Of a DNA stretch of 64,000 nucleotides, positions 37,453 through 47,320 are shown one piece after another. The notes under the pieces were generated by a model, which was not told the origin of the DNA, ran no database searches, and saw nothing but the letters and a program-made list of their open reading frames with translations. The position numbers and the translations under genes are program-made. Position 1 is the first letter of the stretch. Each line of letters begins with the position of its first letter. The stretch lies in sequence record SRR20825006_492; one strand, written 5' to 3'.

Positions 37453-38538
37453 CTATTCAACCCAATCAGCTATAAAAATATTAGTAGCTCTAGTGCCACC
37501 GTTATTTCTGTTAGAAGAAAAGACCAACTTCTTTCCATCAGAAGAAAACATTGGGAAAGAGTCGAAAACACCATCGTGAGTAACTTGCTCTAAACCAGTT
37601 CCATCAGGGTTAATCATAAACAAGTTGAAAGGGAAGCCTCTTTCTGTGTTATGATTGGAAGAGAAAATAATTTTCTCGCCAGAAGGGTGAAAGAATGGAG
37701 CCCAATTTGCATTACCCAATTCTGTAATCTGACGCATGTTAGATCCATCAACATTTACCAAGAATAATTCCATATCCGTTGGTTCTACTAAGCCTTCCGC
37801 AAGAAGCGACTTATACTTTGTAATTTCTTCTATAGTTTTTGGACGAGAAGCTCTAAATAAAAGCTGTGTTCCATCAGGAGAGAAAAAGGCACCGCCATCA
37901 TAACCAAGTTCGTTGGTTACTTGAACTACGTTAGAACCATCAACATCCATAATGTAAAGCTCTAAATCACCAGAACGCATAGATGTAAACACAATTTTGT
38001 CACCTTTTGGCGATACCGTTGCTTCAGCATCATAACCAGGAGTATTGGTAAGTGTGTCTATAATTTCACCTTCTTTATTTGCTCTAAAAATATCGTAGCC
38101 TTCATAAATTGGCCAAACATAAGCACCACCTGGTACACGAGCAGGTTCTTCAGGACATTTAACATCAGCAAGGTGAGTAGAACCATATACAATAGTTTCG
38201 TCAGGCAAAAAGTAGGAGCAGGTAGTACGGCCTAACCCAGTACTGATAATAGGAGGCTCAAATCCAGGATCTTTTGGAGTAGTAGCGTCCATATAATAAA
38301 TCTGATCGCACTCGTTGCCCCACTTTGCGTTGTTTGATTGGAAAACCAACTTAGTATTATCATAACTCCAATAAGCTTCGGCGTTATCGCCACCAAAAGT
38401 AAGTTGTTGGAGATTACGTAAATGTGATTCTTGCTCATACTTTAGTGTGTCTGCTTCTGGATTATAAGCAGTTTCTTTCTTGGGAGAAGTACAGTTTAAA
38501 ACTAGTAGAGCAATGATTGCTGAAGCTAAAAATTTCAT
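37453..38538 (-). CDS. TolB-like PD40 beta-propeller lipoprotein
   Basis: Repeated SPKG/SPDG/HPSG/SSDG-KIVFxS units; lipobox VLNC after MKFL (start 38538; ORF track 38556). Confidence 0.85.
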   Translation of the reverse strand: MKFLASAIIALLVLNCTSPKKETAYNPEADTLKYEQESHLRNLQQLTFGGDNAEAYWSYDNTKLVFQSNNAKWGNECDQIYYMDATTPKDPGFEPPIISTGLGRTTCSYFLPDETIVYGSTHLADVKCPEEPARVPGGAYVWPIYEGYDIFRANKEGEIIDTLTNTPGYDAEATVSPKGDKIVFTSMRSGDLELYIMDVDGSNVVQVTNELGYDGGAFFSPDGTQLLFRASRPKTIEEITKYKSLLAEGLVEPTDMELFLVNVDGSNMRQITELGNANWAPFFHPSGEKIIFSSNHNTERGFPFNLFMINPDGTGLEQVTHDGVFDSFPMFSSDGKKLVFSSNRNNGGTRATNIFIADWVE

Positions 38539-38712
38539 ATTTAAATCTAATTTCAAGTTTAGCCACGATTTTACTCTTTTAATATGAAGATTATGTGAAG
38601 AAATATAGAATTTTAGATATTGAATTTAAGCTGCTTTTTTCTCAGGGTTAAAAGTTGGAACTATTGCCGATAGACTCCATTAAAAGAGATAAACCGAAAT
38701 GAAAAAAGCATT

Positions 38713-39144
38713 ATGAAAACCCGACATATTCTATCAATACTTGTAATAAGTGGATTGACATTCGCTTCATGTTCAGAAAAAAGTAAAACAGAGACTAGAG
38801 AGCTTGGCAACCAAGTGGAAGATACATTCAACTCTGCCCAAGATGATTTACAGGAAACCAGAGAAGAGTTTGTGGAAGAAACACGAGAAGAATTTAGCGA
38901 GCTAAACGAGAAAATTGATAAGCTTGAAGATAAAATTAAGGATCAGTCGACAGCTGTTAAAGAAGAGACTAAAGAGCAAGTTACGGCTCTAAAAGTAAAA
39001 AGAGATAACCTGAAAAAAGATTTAAACGAGCTTACTGAAGCTGGAAAAGACAATTGGGAACAGGTTAAAATGGCCTTTACCAAAAATATGAACGCTGCTA
39101 AAAAAGAGTATAACGAAATACTTGAAGAGCTTAAAACTGACTAA
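38713..39144 (+). CDS. Coiled-coil lipoprotein of unknown function
   Basis: Lipobox FASC; charged alpha-helical body. Confidence 0.75.
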   Translation: MKTRHILSILVISGLTFASCSEKSKTETRELGNQVEDTFNSAQDDLQETREEFVEETREEFSELNEKIDKLEDKIKDQSTAVKEETKEQVTALKVKRDNLKKDLNELTEAGKDNWEQVKMAFTKNMNAAKKEYNEILEELKTD

Positions 39145-39169
39145 GAAACACCACTTAGTTATGTCCCCT

Positions 39170-39200
39170 AGCCACGGTAATTTATTGCCGTGGTTTTTTT
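39170..39200 (+). terminator. Intrinsic terminator
   Basis: AGCCACGGTAA-TTTA-TTGCCGTGGTT followed by a T-tract. Confidence 0.85.
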
Positions 39201-39249
39201 ATACTTAGATTTAATGAATTAATAAGGAATATTAGATTCTACCTTTTTC

Positions 39250-40749
39250 TTATTCATGCTCTCCAGTAGAAAGAAGCTCAAGTGTTTGTGTGAGTACATC
39301 TTTTCCAATACTAAAAAACCGTTCTTGATTTCCCATTGCTAAGTAACGCAGCATAAATCTCAATTCTGCAAGTAGCACAGGCGGACGAGTAACTAAAGAA
39401 TCTTCTGAAATGATGTAATCCCAATCGAGCGGTTGTTGGAATTTGACACCAGCTTGGCGCATAACTTCTCGATAAACGTTGGCCATTAGACCATAAGCTA
39501 TAGTTGTAGGATGTAAACCATCTAAGCTAAAAATCCCGCCTTTATAAATCTTGCCTGTGGCCTTATCAGATCTAATAAAATCGGTGGTTAGTGTTACTTC
39601 GCCCGTACTGTTAACTAAATGCGCTGTTGCTGGATTACGTTTTAATGCTGCAGCAAAATCGGCGGGATAGCCGCGCAATAGTTCTCCACCTAAACGCCGT
39701 TGTGCCATTCCTGCTACATTCTTTGCCATGGGGACTACAAACCAGCCATATTCTTTAGCTACTTTCCGAATGATTGCATTGTATGCATCTACAGTAAAGT
39801 CGACTTGAATAGCTTCGTCTTTGGTAAGATGAGGATGTTTTTCGGGACTAAAGTCTTCATCCCAAATCCAAAAGCGAGTGTAATAATCGAAATAGCCTAA
39901 CCTTTTGCTCGATAGGCTAGAGTTCACTCCTCGGCAAACTGGTGGGATTGTAGGGTATGGAATGGTGGGAACAAATACGCGTTTAGCATTCAGTTTCGAA
40001 ATTCGTTCAGCCATTTCTCGATACTCTTTTTCGAAATGCTCTGGGCGATAAATGGTGTGTTTCCGGTTGGCGGTAAAAGCGTTCAAATCGTCTGGTTCCG
40101 ACCAAATAAACTTTAGATTTACTACTGCTCCAAGGGCATTGTTATGTCCTAAACAAACAATAAGATTCTCAATTCCACCATCTTGGCTTAATAGCTCAGC
40201 ATTTCTAATCTGGGTGTTCTCTGCAGATTTGTTTCCTAAAGTTGGATTTAAGACAAGACGAGCAGTCGTATATTTGGCATGTTCGGGTAACATCCCAAAA
40301 ACAGAATTTTTCTCTTTGTTGTTTTGTATGTATTCCCTGCTATTCCGTTCATTCACAATCCAAGAGTCGTTAATAGCAAAGCCCCAAACAGATTGATTAT
40401 GATAGGGAGTGGGTTGATCAACTTTGAGGCTTTTCATTCCTCCTTCCCAATATTTCTTAATTCTTTTAAGAGTTTTGAAAGTGTGAGAAGCAACGCCCAT
40501 ATATTCATTCCACTCAATTTCGCTCCCAAATTCATCGGCTAATCCGCGTAAAAGAACTTCCAAATTCAGAGGTATGCCAGCCTGTGCAGTAAAGCGAGGT
40601 TGTTGGAATGCTGGCTCTGGATCAAAGCAACGCATAATAAAAGCAGGGAAATTGATATCGGTGCGATAAACGCCACCGTTATTAAAACCTTGGGAGAGGC
40701 TATCGCCAATAACTACAAGTTTGTGTTTTGCTTCTTTCTTTTCAAACAT
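39250..40749 (-). CDS. SGNH/GDSL hydrolase-like protein
   Basis: IGDSLSQG (block I), LGHNN (block III-like), SLDGLHPT (block V); no signal peptide. Confidence 0.75.
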   Translation of the reverse strand: MFEKKEAKHKLVVIGDSLSQGFNNGGVYRTDINFPAFIMRCFDPEPAFQQPRFTAQAGIPLNLEVLLRGLADEFGSEIEWNEYMGVASHTFKTLKRIKKYWEGGMKSLKVDQPTPYHNQSVWGFAINDSWIVNERNSREYIQNNKEKNSVFGMLPEHAKYTTARLVLNPTLGNKSAENTQIRNAELLSQDGGIENLIVCLGHNNALGAVVNLKFIWSEPDDLNAFTANRKHTIYRPEHFEKEYREMAERISKLNAKRVFVPTIPYPTIPPVCRGVNSSLSSKRLGYFDYYTRFWIWDEDFSPEKHPHLTKDEAIQVDFTVDAYNAIIRKVAKEYGWFVVPMAKNVAGMAQRRLGGELLRGYPADFAAALKRNPATAHLVNSTGEVTLTTDFIRSDKATGKIYKGGIFSLDGLHPTTIAYGLMANVYREVMRQAGVKFQQPLDWDYIISEDSLVTRPPVLLAELRFMLRYLAMGNQERFFSIGKDVLTQTLELLSTGEHE

Positions 40750-40961
40750 GTTAACGAGGAATTCCCAATAAAAATATCAGTTTTAAGAGTGTGTAATAGT
40801 AAATCTATTCACGGAAAATGGTACCTGTCTAAGTTGTTGAATTTTCCGTTAAATCACTAAAGCACTGAAAAATAAAATGGTGTAATTTGTAAATTGAATT
40901 TAAAAAGGAAGGCGTAAAAAATTTACGTTCTCGAAAGAAAGAAAAATCAATTTTGATAGCT

Positions 40962-41333
40962 ATGAGTTCATCAGATTCAAAAAACCGTTTGCAGCAGTAT
41001 CGTGAAAAACGTTCGATTATGAACGATAAAGTGATGGACTTAGGACATCTTGGGGTTAAGCGATTTTTTAATATGGATTCGAACACCTATCGAGATGGCG
41101 CGCTAGATTCCAAAACCAAAGAATTGCTAGGTTTGGTAGCCTCTGCTGTTCTGCGTTGCAATGATTGTATAGATTATCATTTAGAGCAATGTGCAAAGGC
41201 TGGATTTACCAAAGATGAAATTATAGATGCAATGAATGTAGCTTTAATTGTAGGTGGAAGTATTGTAATCCCACATATGCGCCATGCCGTAGAAACCTTA
41301 GAATTTTTGGAAGAAGAAGGTTCGTTGAAGTAA
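40962..41333 (+). CDS. Carboxymuconolactone decarboxylase/AhpD family protein
   Basis: DGALDSKTKELLGL, LRCNDCIDYH. Start 40962 (ORF track 40953). Confidence 0.9.
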   Translation: MSSSDSKNRLQQYREKRSIMNDKVMDLGHLGVKRFFNMDSNTYRDGALDSKTKELLGLVASAVLRCNDCIDYHLEQCAKAGFTKDEIIDAMNVALIVGGSIVIPHMRHAVETLEFLEEEGSLK

Positions 41334-41369
41334 GAGAATCAAGTTATACCCATAAAGATTATTAAAGCT

Positions 41370-41945
41370 ATGGCATACTCAAAAAGAGTAACAGAATTAT
41401 CCAAACAGCAACAAAGTATACTCGACGTTCTGAATACTGAAACTGAACTTGCGTGTGTCTTAATTGGAACAAGTTATATAGATCAGTGTCTTAGCGAGAT
41501 ATTGAGGGAATACTTTATAACAAAAAGTAAAACAGTTGATAAAATTCTTGATTCAAGAGGTTTATTAGGAACAATTAGCGCAAAAATTGACTTGGCTTAC
41601 TCATTAGGACTCATTTCTAAGCCCGTAAAATGTGATTTGGATATTATTATTGAGATTAGAAATTCATTTGCCCATTCGCATGAAAAAATTCATTTTGAAT
41701 CAAGAAAGATCAAAGAACTAATTGACAAACTTGAATACTTAAAGATTCAAGATGAAGAACAGACTCTTAAAAATAGTGAAAGCCCTAAGGAATTAAATTA
41801 CACCTACATTTTAAAAACCCCTAGATATAGATTCAAAACAACTATAGCTTTAATATCAAGTAAACTAGTTCTTGCGGCCTTTGGAACAAAGCATCGAGAA
41901 GAGTGTATTGCGTATGTTCAAAATTACAGTAAGAAAAATAACTAG
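41370..41945 (+). CDS. MtlR-like (HEPN-superfamily) protein
   Basis: ETELACVLIGTSYID, GLLGTISAKIDLAYSLGLI, IRNSFAH (Rx4H). Confidence 0.75.
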   Translation: MAYSKRVTELSKQQQSILDVLNTETELACVLIGTSYIDQCLSEILREYFITKSKTVDKILDSRGLLGTISAKIDLAYSLGLISKPVKCDLDIIIEIRNSFAHSHEKIHFESRKIKELIDKLEYLKIQDEEQTLKNSESPKELNYTYILKTPRYRFKTTIALISSKLVLAAFGTKHREECIAYVQNYSKKNN

Positions 41946-41991
41946 ATTTCATTTTCTCTATATCAAGAATTACACAAGTAACTTTCTTATC

Positions 41992-44397
41992 TCACTTCAA
42001 TTTAACAACCGTACAACCTGCACCACCGAAATCTTCGTTGGCTAGCTTAAAGCTCTTTATGTCGTTGCGTTGGTTCAGATAGCTATGAATTTGATCTTTT
42101 AGAATGCCATCGCCTAGTCCGTGTATAATATCCACTTGCTGCAATCCACGGAAGATGGCTCTATCAAGGTAATGCGTAACTTCGTTGATAGCTTTATCGG
42201 TACGAAAGCCACGTAAATCTATGGATGGTTTAACGGTATCTTTTAAAGAAGAATCTTGATCGAGCAAAGCGCTAGAGCGCACTTTTTCTTTCTTCCTTTT
42301 TTGTACCTGAACCTGAATCAAATTCTTGTACTTAGTTTTTAGGCGAAGCCCATCTGCTTGTACTACTGCTTGATTGCCTGTCACTTCTACCAATTCACCA
42401 GTGATACTTCCGTCCACAAAGCGGACAAAATCTCCCACTTTTGGGGGCTTTTCGGATTTCGAGAATCGAGCTTCTCTTTTATCTTTAATCTCGTTTAAAG
42501 AAGAAGTTATAGAAGCTTTTTCTTGATCTATACCTGAACGAATTTCTTTAATATGCTTCTTATCCTTTAACTGCTTCTCAGCAATTTGCTCTACAGCTTG
42601 TTCAATGCGTTTGTTGGCACTGTCCATAATAGCTTTTGCTTCAGTAAGAGCTTTTTGGCGGATTTTTTCTTTCTCGTTATTTAAACCTTCAAGCTTATTT
42701 ATATATCGCTTTCTATCAATCTCAGCTTTGTCTTTTAATCCTTCAAACTTCTGCTTTAATTCCTGGGCTTGTTGAGTTTTATTCTCTAACTCAGTGATTA
42801 GCGATTCCATTTTATTCTTCGCCTCACCCAATAACTCTCTAGAGCGAGCTAGAACCTCTTTTTTTATGCGCATACGTTCTGCAATTTCGAACGCATAACT
42901 ACTTCCTGGTATTCCTTTTTTAAATCGGTATGTAGGAGAAAGCGTTGTTTGGTCAAACTCCATAGAGCCATTTACAGCCAATGCATGTTCGTGAGCAAAA
43001 ACTTTTAATGAGCCATGATGCGTAGTTACAATTACTTTACACTGCTGCTCTAATAAGTGTTCAATAAAAGCTTGAAAGAGGGCACCACCTTCTTCGGGAT
43101 CGGTTCCAGCAGCCGCTTCATCAATAAGAACGAGGGCGCCTTCTTCAAAATTATCGATGGTTTCTTGCATCCAACGCAAACGGGATGAAAACGTACTCAA
43201 ATCATTTTCTATAGATTGATCGTCGCCTAAATCCACAAAAATTCCATTAAAAACGGGAATTTCAGAAGTTGGATCAGCAGGAATAGCAAAGCCAGATTGA
43301 ATCATCAACGCAGAAATACCGAGTGTTTTCATTGCTACCGATTTACCGCCAGCATTAGGACCGGTAATCATTAGGCACTGTTCTTTGGGGGTGAGTTCCA
43401 AAAACAATGGAATAATATCGGATTGGTCTTCTTTACGAAGTTGTTGATTCTTTAGCAGAAGATTTGTGTTATAAGCTTTCTTCAACTTCAAGTTTTGGTT
43501 TATAGAAATTATCGGAATTTCGGCATCTAGTTTAATCGAAACCTTTGCTTTGGCAACGATAAGATCCAGCTTTGCCAAACTTTCCAAATTCTGCCAAATA
43601 TGTGAACTATTTATGCGAATGTGATTGGTTAACTCCCGTAAAATTCGATCAATTTCTTGTTGTTCTTCCGCTTCAAGCTGGCGGATTTCATTATTGAGGT
43701 GTAAGGCTTCAACAGGTTCCAAGTAAACTGTTTGTCCTGTAGAGGATACATCGTGTATAAAACCTTGAATTTGACGCTTATACTCAGCAAGTACTGGGAT
43801 TACCATACGACCGTTTCGAATGGTTGCTCCTTCATCTGAGGCCATTCCATCTTTAACTGCGGTACGCATTAATCGGTTGATGGTGGATCGTAAATCATTG
43901 CGTTTTCCATTCAATTTTCTTCGAATGGTTCGCAACTCAGGACTGGCGTCGTCTCTGAGTTCCCCATTTTCAGTCACTTTCCCTTTAATTTGCTCTTCTA
44001 ATTCTTTTAAAGGGATGAGTTCTTCAGCAATTTTTGAAAGCTTTGTATAATCGCCTGTGCGTTGACGGAAAAATTTCTTTACAAATCGAGCGGTTTTGAT
44101 TAGAAACTGGATTTCTACAAAAGCAGGTAAAGGAATCAAACTACCTTCTGCTCTTGCTTGAGAAAGATAAGGGCGAACATCGGGAAGTTCTGCTAAAGGA
44201 AATGGTTCTGGATCGTGCAAAATACGCATCATTTCATCAGTTTCAGCGAGTAACCTAAGTACAGTGTTGTAGTGACTTGTAGGATAGAGGTCGTTAATTA
44301 ATTCTTGGGTCCGACTCGATTGCGCAACTTTGCTAGTAGCTTGCCGAAGTTGTTCGTAGCCGAGTTTTTCTAGTATTGTTTCTGGATAAAGCTTCAT
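41992..44397 (-). CDS. mutS2: MutS2 family protein
   Basis: ITGPNAGGKS, DLSTFSS, LIDE, TTHH, GIPGSSYA; C-terminal Smr domain (IDLRG...IIHGLGDG). Confidence 0.95.
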   Translation of the reverse strand: MKLYPETILEKLGYEQLRQATSKVAQSSRTQELINDLYPTSHYNTVLRLLAETDEMMRILHDPEPFPLAELPDVRPYLSQARAEGSLIPLPAFVEIQFLIKTARFVKKFFRQRTGDYTKLSKIAEELIPLKELEEQIKGKVTENGELRDDASPELRTIRRKLNGKRNDLRSTINRLMRTAVKDGMASDEGATIRNGRMVIPVLAEYKRQIQGFIHDVSSTGQTVYLEPVEALHLNNEIRQLEAEEQQEIDRILRELTNHIRINSSHIWQNLESLAKLDLIVAKAKVSIKLDAEIPIISINQNLKLKKAYNTNLLLKNQQLRKEDQSDIIPLFLELTPKEQCLMITGPNAGGKSVAMKTLGISALMIQSGFAIPADPTSEIPVFNGIFVDLGDDQSIENDLSTFSSRLRWMQETIDNFEEGALVLIDEAAAGTDPEEGGALFQAFIEHLLEQQCKVIVTTHHGSLKVFAHEHALAVNGSMEFDQTTLSPTYRFKKGIPGSSYAFEIAERMRIKKEVLARSRELLGEAKNKMESLITELENKTQQAQELKQKFEGLKDKAEIDRKRYINKLEGLNNEKEKIRQKALTEAKAIMDSANKRIEQAVEQIAEKQLKDKKHIKEIRSGIDQEKASITSSLNEIKDKREARFSKSEKPPKVGDFVRFVDGSITGELVEVTGNQAVVQADGLRLKTKYKNLIQVQVQKRKKEKVRSSALLDQDSSLKDTVKPSIDLRGFRTDKAINEVTHYLDRAIFRGLQQVDIIHGLGDGILKDQIHSYLNQRNDIKSFKLANEDFGGAGCTVVKLK

Positions 44398-44458
44398 CAG
44401 TATTTTTGAGAAATTTGCCTTAGGTTAAGCCCTGAAAGATAACTCTAAAAAGTACGCT

Positions 44459-45238
44459 ATGAAATTATCCCTTTATCAAGTTGATGCTTTTTCTGCGCAT
44501 GTTTTTGGTGGCAACCCTGCTGCCGTTTGTCCTTTACAACATTGGCTCTCCGATGAAGCAATGCAGAAGTTAGCCATGGAGAATAATCTTTCAGAAACAG
44601 CTTTTTTTGTACCAGAGCAAGATGGTTTCGGCTTGCGATGGTTTACTCCAACCACTGAAGTTAGTTTATGTGGGCATGCAACACTGGCTACCGCTCACGT
44701 ACTTTTTGAACATTTAGGATACTCACAGAAGACAATCAATTTCTATACAAAAAGTGGAAAATTGATAGTACAGAAGGAAGGGAACCGGATCCAAATGAAT
44801 TTCCCTATTGATGAGATGGAGAAAGTAGAAGCGCCTCCCGTTTTGATGCAAAGTTTGGGTGTTCGAGAGGGAGAGGTGTACAAATCAGATGACTACATGG
44901 TAGTGCTTGGTCGTGAAGAAGATGTTGCTAATTTAGAACCCAATTTTAGTATGTTAGCTGAAGTGAAAACACGAGGAGTTATTGTTACAGCTCCGGGAAA
45001 TTCAGCAGATTATGTATTACGGTTTTTTGCTCCTCAATCGGGAATAAACGAAGACCCAGTAACGGGTTCAGCACATACAAAGTTAGTTCCATACTGGGCA
45101 AAAAAGTTGGGTAAGAATGAATTTGAAGCACGGCAGATTTCAAAGAGAGTAGGCGAGATGAGCTGTAGACTAAAAGGAAACCGTGTGGAAATTTTAGGGA
45201 ATGCAGTTACCTACTTAAAAGGAGAAATCGAGTTTTGA
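44459..45238 (+). CDS. PhzF-family epimerase/isomerase
   Basis: QVDAF, GGNPAAV, NLSETAF, LCGHATLA, EDPVTGSAH. Confidence 0.93.
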   Translation: MKLSLYQVDAFSAHVFGGNPAAVCPLQHWLSDEAMQKLAMENNLSETAFFVPEQDGFGLRWFTPTTEVSLCGHATLATAHVLFEHLGYSQKTINFYTKSGKLIVQKEGNRIQMNFPIDEMEKVEAPPVLMQSLGVREGEVYKSDDYMVVLGREEDVANLEPNFSMLAEVKTRGVIVTAPGNSADYVLRFFAPQSGINEDPVTGSAHTKLVPYWAKKLGKNEFEARQISKRVGEMSCRLKGNRVEILGNAVTYLKGEIEF

Positions 45239-46047
45239 TAGAGTTGATAGTTTTATTGGTAATAGGACTTTTTGCAGGGCTTATTGCTGGATTATTGGGC
45301 GTTGGTGGAGGGATTATATTTACGCCAGTGTTATTTTTTCTATTTGAAGAAGCGGGCGTTGAAAATCCTGTGCTATGGACTATAGCGTCTGGGTTGTTTT
45401 GTACTTTTGTGGCTGCATTTGGTAGTTCACTGCGTCAGTTTCAACAAAATAACACATTCTGGAAGGAAGGTATCACGCTTGGAATTTTAGGGGTGATTGG
45501 AGTTACTTTAGGTAAAATGGTGATTACCTCAGAGTACTACAACCGACTAGAATTCGTCATATTTTTTAGTTTTATGTTAATCTATGCTTCGGGAATGATG
45601 TTTAAGAGAGGGAGAGATACGAGCAATGAAGAAGATATGGTGTTTGAAGATATTGGGTTCAAAGAAGGGCTAATAACGGGAGGAATTGGTGGCTTTGTAG
45701 CTTCTTTGGCAGGTGTTGGTGGAGGGGGAATTATGGTTCCTATTATGAATCTAATTTTTAAGCAACCTTTTCGAAAGGCAGTGAGTGTATCTCAGCTAGC
45801 AATGATTATAATGGTATTTTCGGGTTGGATTCAGTTAGCACTAATCACCCATGATTATTCAGGAATAACCGAATATACGTGGGGATATGTAGATTTTGGA
45901 GCAGCTCTACCTCTTAGCATTGGTGGTCTAATTGGAGGTTTTGGAGGAGCATTACTCAACCATAAAATTAATAGAAAGATCCTTCAATGGGGATTTTCAA
46001 TCCTAGCATTCGTAATGGCAAGCAGATTAATCTGGAGCGTTTTCTAA
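45235..46047 (+). CDS. TauE/SafE (TSUP) family membrane protein
   Basis: Duplicated GLLGVGGG / SLAGVGGG motifs; about 8 TM helices. Confidence 0.88.
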   Translation: MIELIVLLVIGLFAGLIAGLLGVGGGIIFTPVLFFLFEEAGVENPVLWTIASGLFCTFVAAFGSSLRQFQQNNTFWKEGITLGILGVIGVTLGKMVITSEYYNRLEFVIFFSFMLIYASGMMFKRGRDTSNEEDMVFEDIGFKEGLITGGIGGFVASLAGVGGGGIMVPIMNLIFKQPFRKAVSVSQLAMIIMVFSGWIQLALITHDYSGITEYTWGYVDFGAALPLSIGGLIGGFGGALLNHKINRKILQWGFSILAFVMASRLIWSVF

Positions 46048-46128
46048 GACATTCTTGGTTTTATCTTTACATCTGTTTGTAAGCTAGAGTTGTTTTGATA
46101 TAAAATTGCAACTAATATCATCAAGTCT

Positions 46129-47274
46129 ATGAAAATAGGTTATATAACAAAGCAATCACCGCACGATGTAAAAGCTTACTCGGGCACGCATTATAGTATG
46201 CTTAGAGTTCTTCAGTCTCAATTTGAAGATGTGGTAGCTTTGGGGCCATTAGATCACCCGTATAAGAATATAGCGAAACTGAAGGGGCGTGTACTAAGGC
46301 TTTTTGATAAACGAGTCTATAGATATCAATACAATGTTACCCTCGCAAAAAAAATGGCAGCAATTCTTGATAAAAGAATTGAAGTGACTAAGCCAGATGT
46401 TTTACTAGGCTCATTAGTAAGCCCTGAAGTTGCATACCTAAAAAGTAAGTTGCCGTTGTTTCTTACCACCGACTCCACTTTCCCATTGTTACATGATGTA
46501 TATGCAAGTCATTCAAATCTTAATCAGAGTACTATAAAAAATGCTAGAGAATTAGAAAGAATGGCTTTTGAAAGAGCTACAAAACTTATTGTGCCATTGC
46601 AATGGATAGCCGATTCAGCTATGAGTGATTATGGAATTTCGAGCGAGAAAATTGAGGTAGTTCCTTACGGTTCTAACTTTGATTTTCAAGTTTCCGAAGC
46701 TCAGATAAATACCATGATTAAAAAACGGGCTTTGGAACCCAAGCTAAGCCTGCTTTTTGTAGGAATTCGCTGGGAAGAAAAAGGTGGACCATTTGCAGTT
46801 GAAGTTCTAAAAAAAATAATTTCTATGGGGGTAGAAGCAGAATTAACAGTGATTGGCAGTAATCCAGAAATTCCAAATAAACCTGAACAAGTTAAAGTAT
46901 TGGGATTTTTAGACAAACAAGATGAAATGGGGCTAAGCATTTTGAATAAAAGCTATGAACAGGCGACTTTTTTCATTTTACCAACTAAAGCTGAGTGCAT
47001 AGGGATGTCTTTCATAGAGGCAGCTTCTTATGGGTTGCCATCAATAGGAACTGATATTGGGGGAGTTCCAGAGGCAGTAGTTCATGAAAAGACAGGGTTT
47101 ATAATCCAAAAAGAAAATACGCCAGAAGAAATTGCGGAATGGATTGTAAATACTTGGAATAACGAACATAAATACTCTTCATTCTCCCAAAATGCTTACT
47201 CGAGGTATTTAGGCACAATGAATTGGAAGAATTGGAGTGAAAAGGTGAGGGAGTTGGTCTTTGAAAAAATTTAA
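46129..47274 (+). CDS. Glycosyltransferase family 4
   Basis: LLFVG...EEKG; FILPTKAECIGMSFIEAASYGLP (EX7E); GGVPEAV. Confidence 0.9.
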   Translation: MKIGYITKQSPHDVKAYSGTHYSMLRVLQSQFEDVVALGPLDHPYKNIAKLKGRVLRLFDKRVYRYQYNVTLAKKMAAILDKRIEVTKPDVLLGSLVSPEVAYLKSKLPLFLTTDSTFPLLHDVYASHSNLNQSTIKNARELERMAFERATKLIVPLQWIADSAMSDYGISSEKIEVVPYGSNFDFQVSEAQINTMIKKRALEPKLSLLFVGIRWEEKGGPFAVEVLKKIISMGVEAELTVIGSNPEIPNKPEQVKVLGFLDKQDEMGLSILNKSYEQATFFILPTKAECIGMSFIEAASYGLPSIGTDIGGVPEAVVHEKTGFIIQKENTPEEIAEWIVNTWNNEHKYSSFSQNAYSRYLGTMNWKNWSEKVRELVFEKI

Positions 47275-47320
47275 TATGACATTTGTTTTTCAAGTAGTTA
47301 GATTTAAAAAAAACTGTGTT

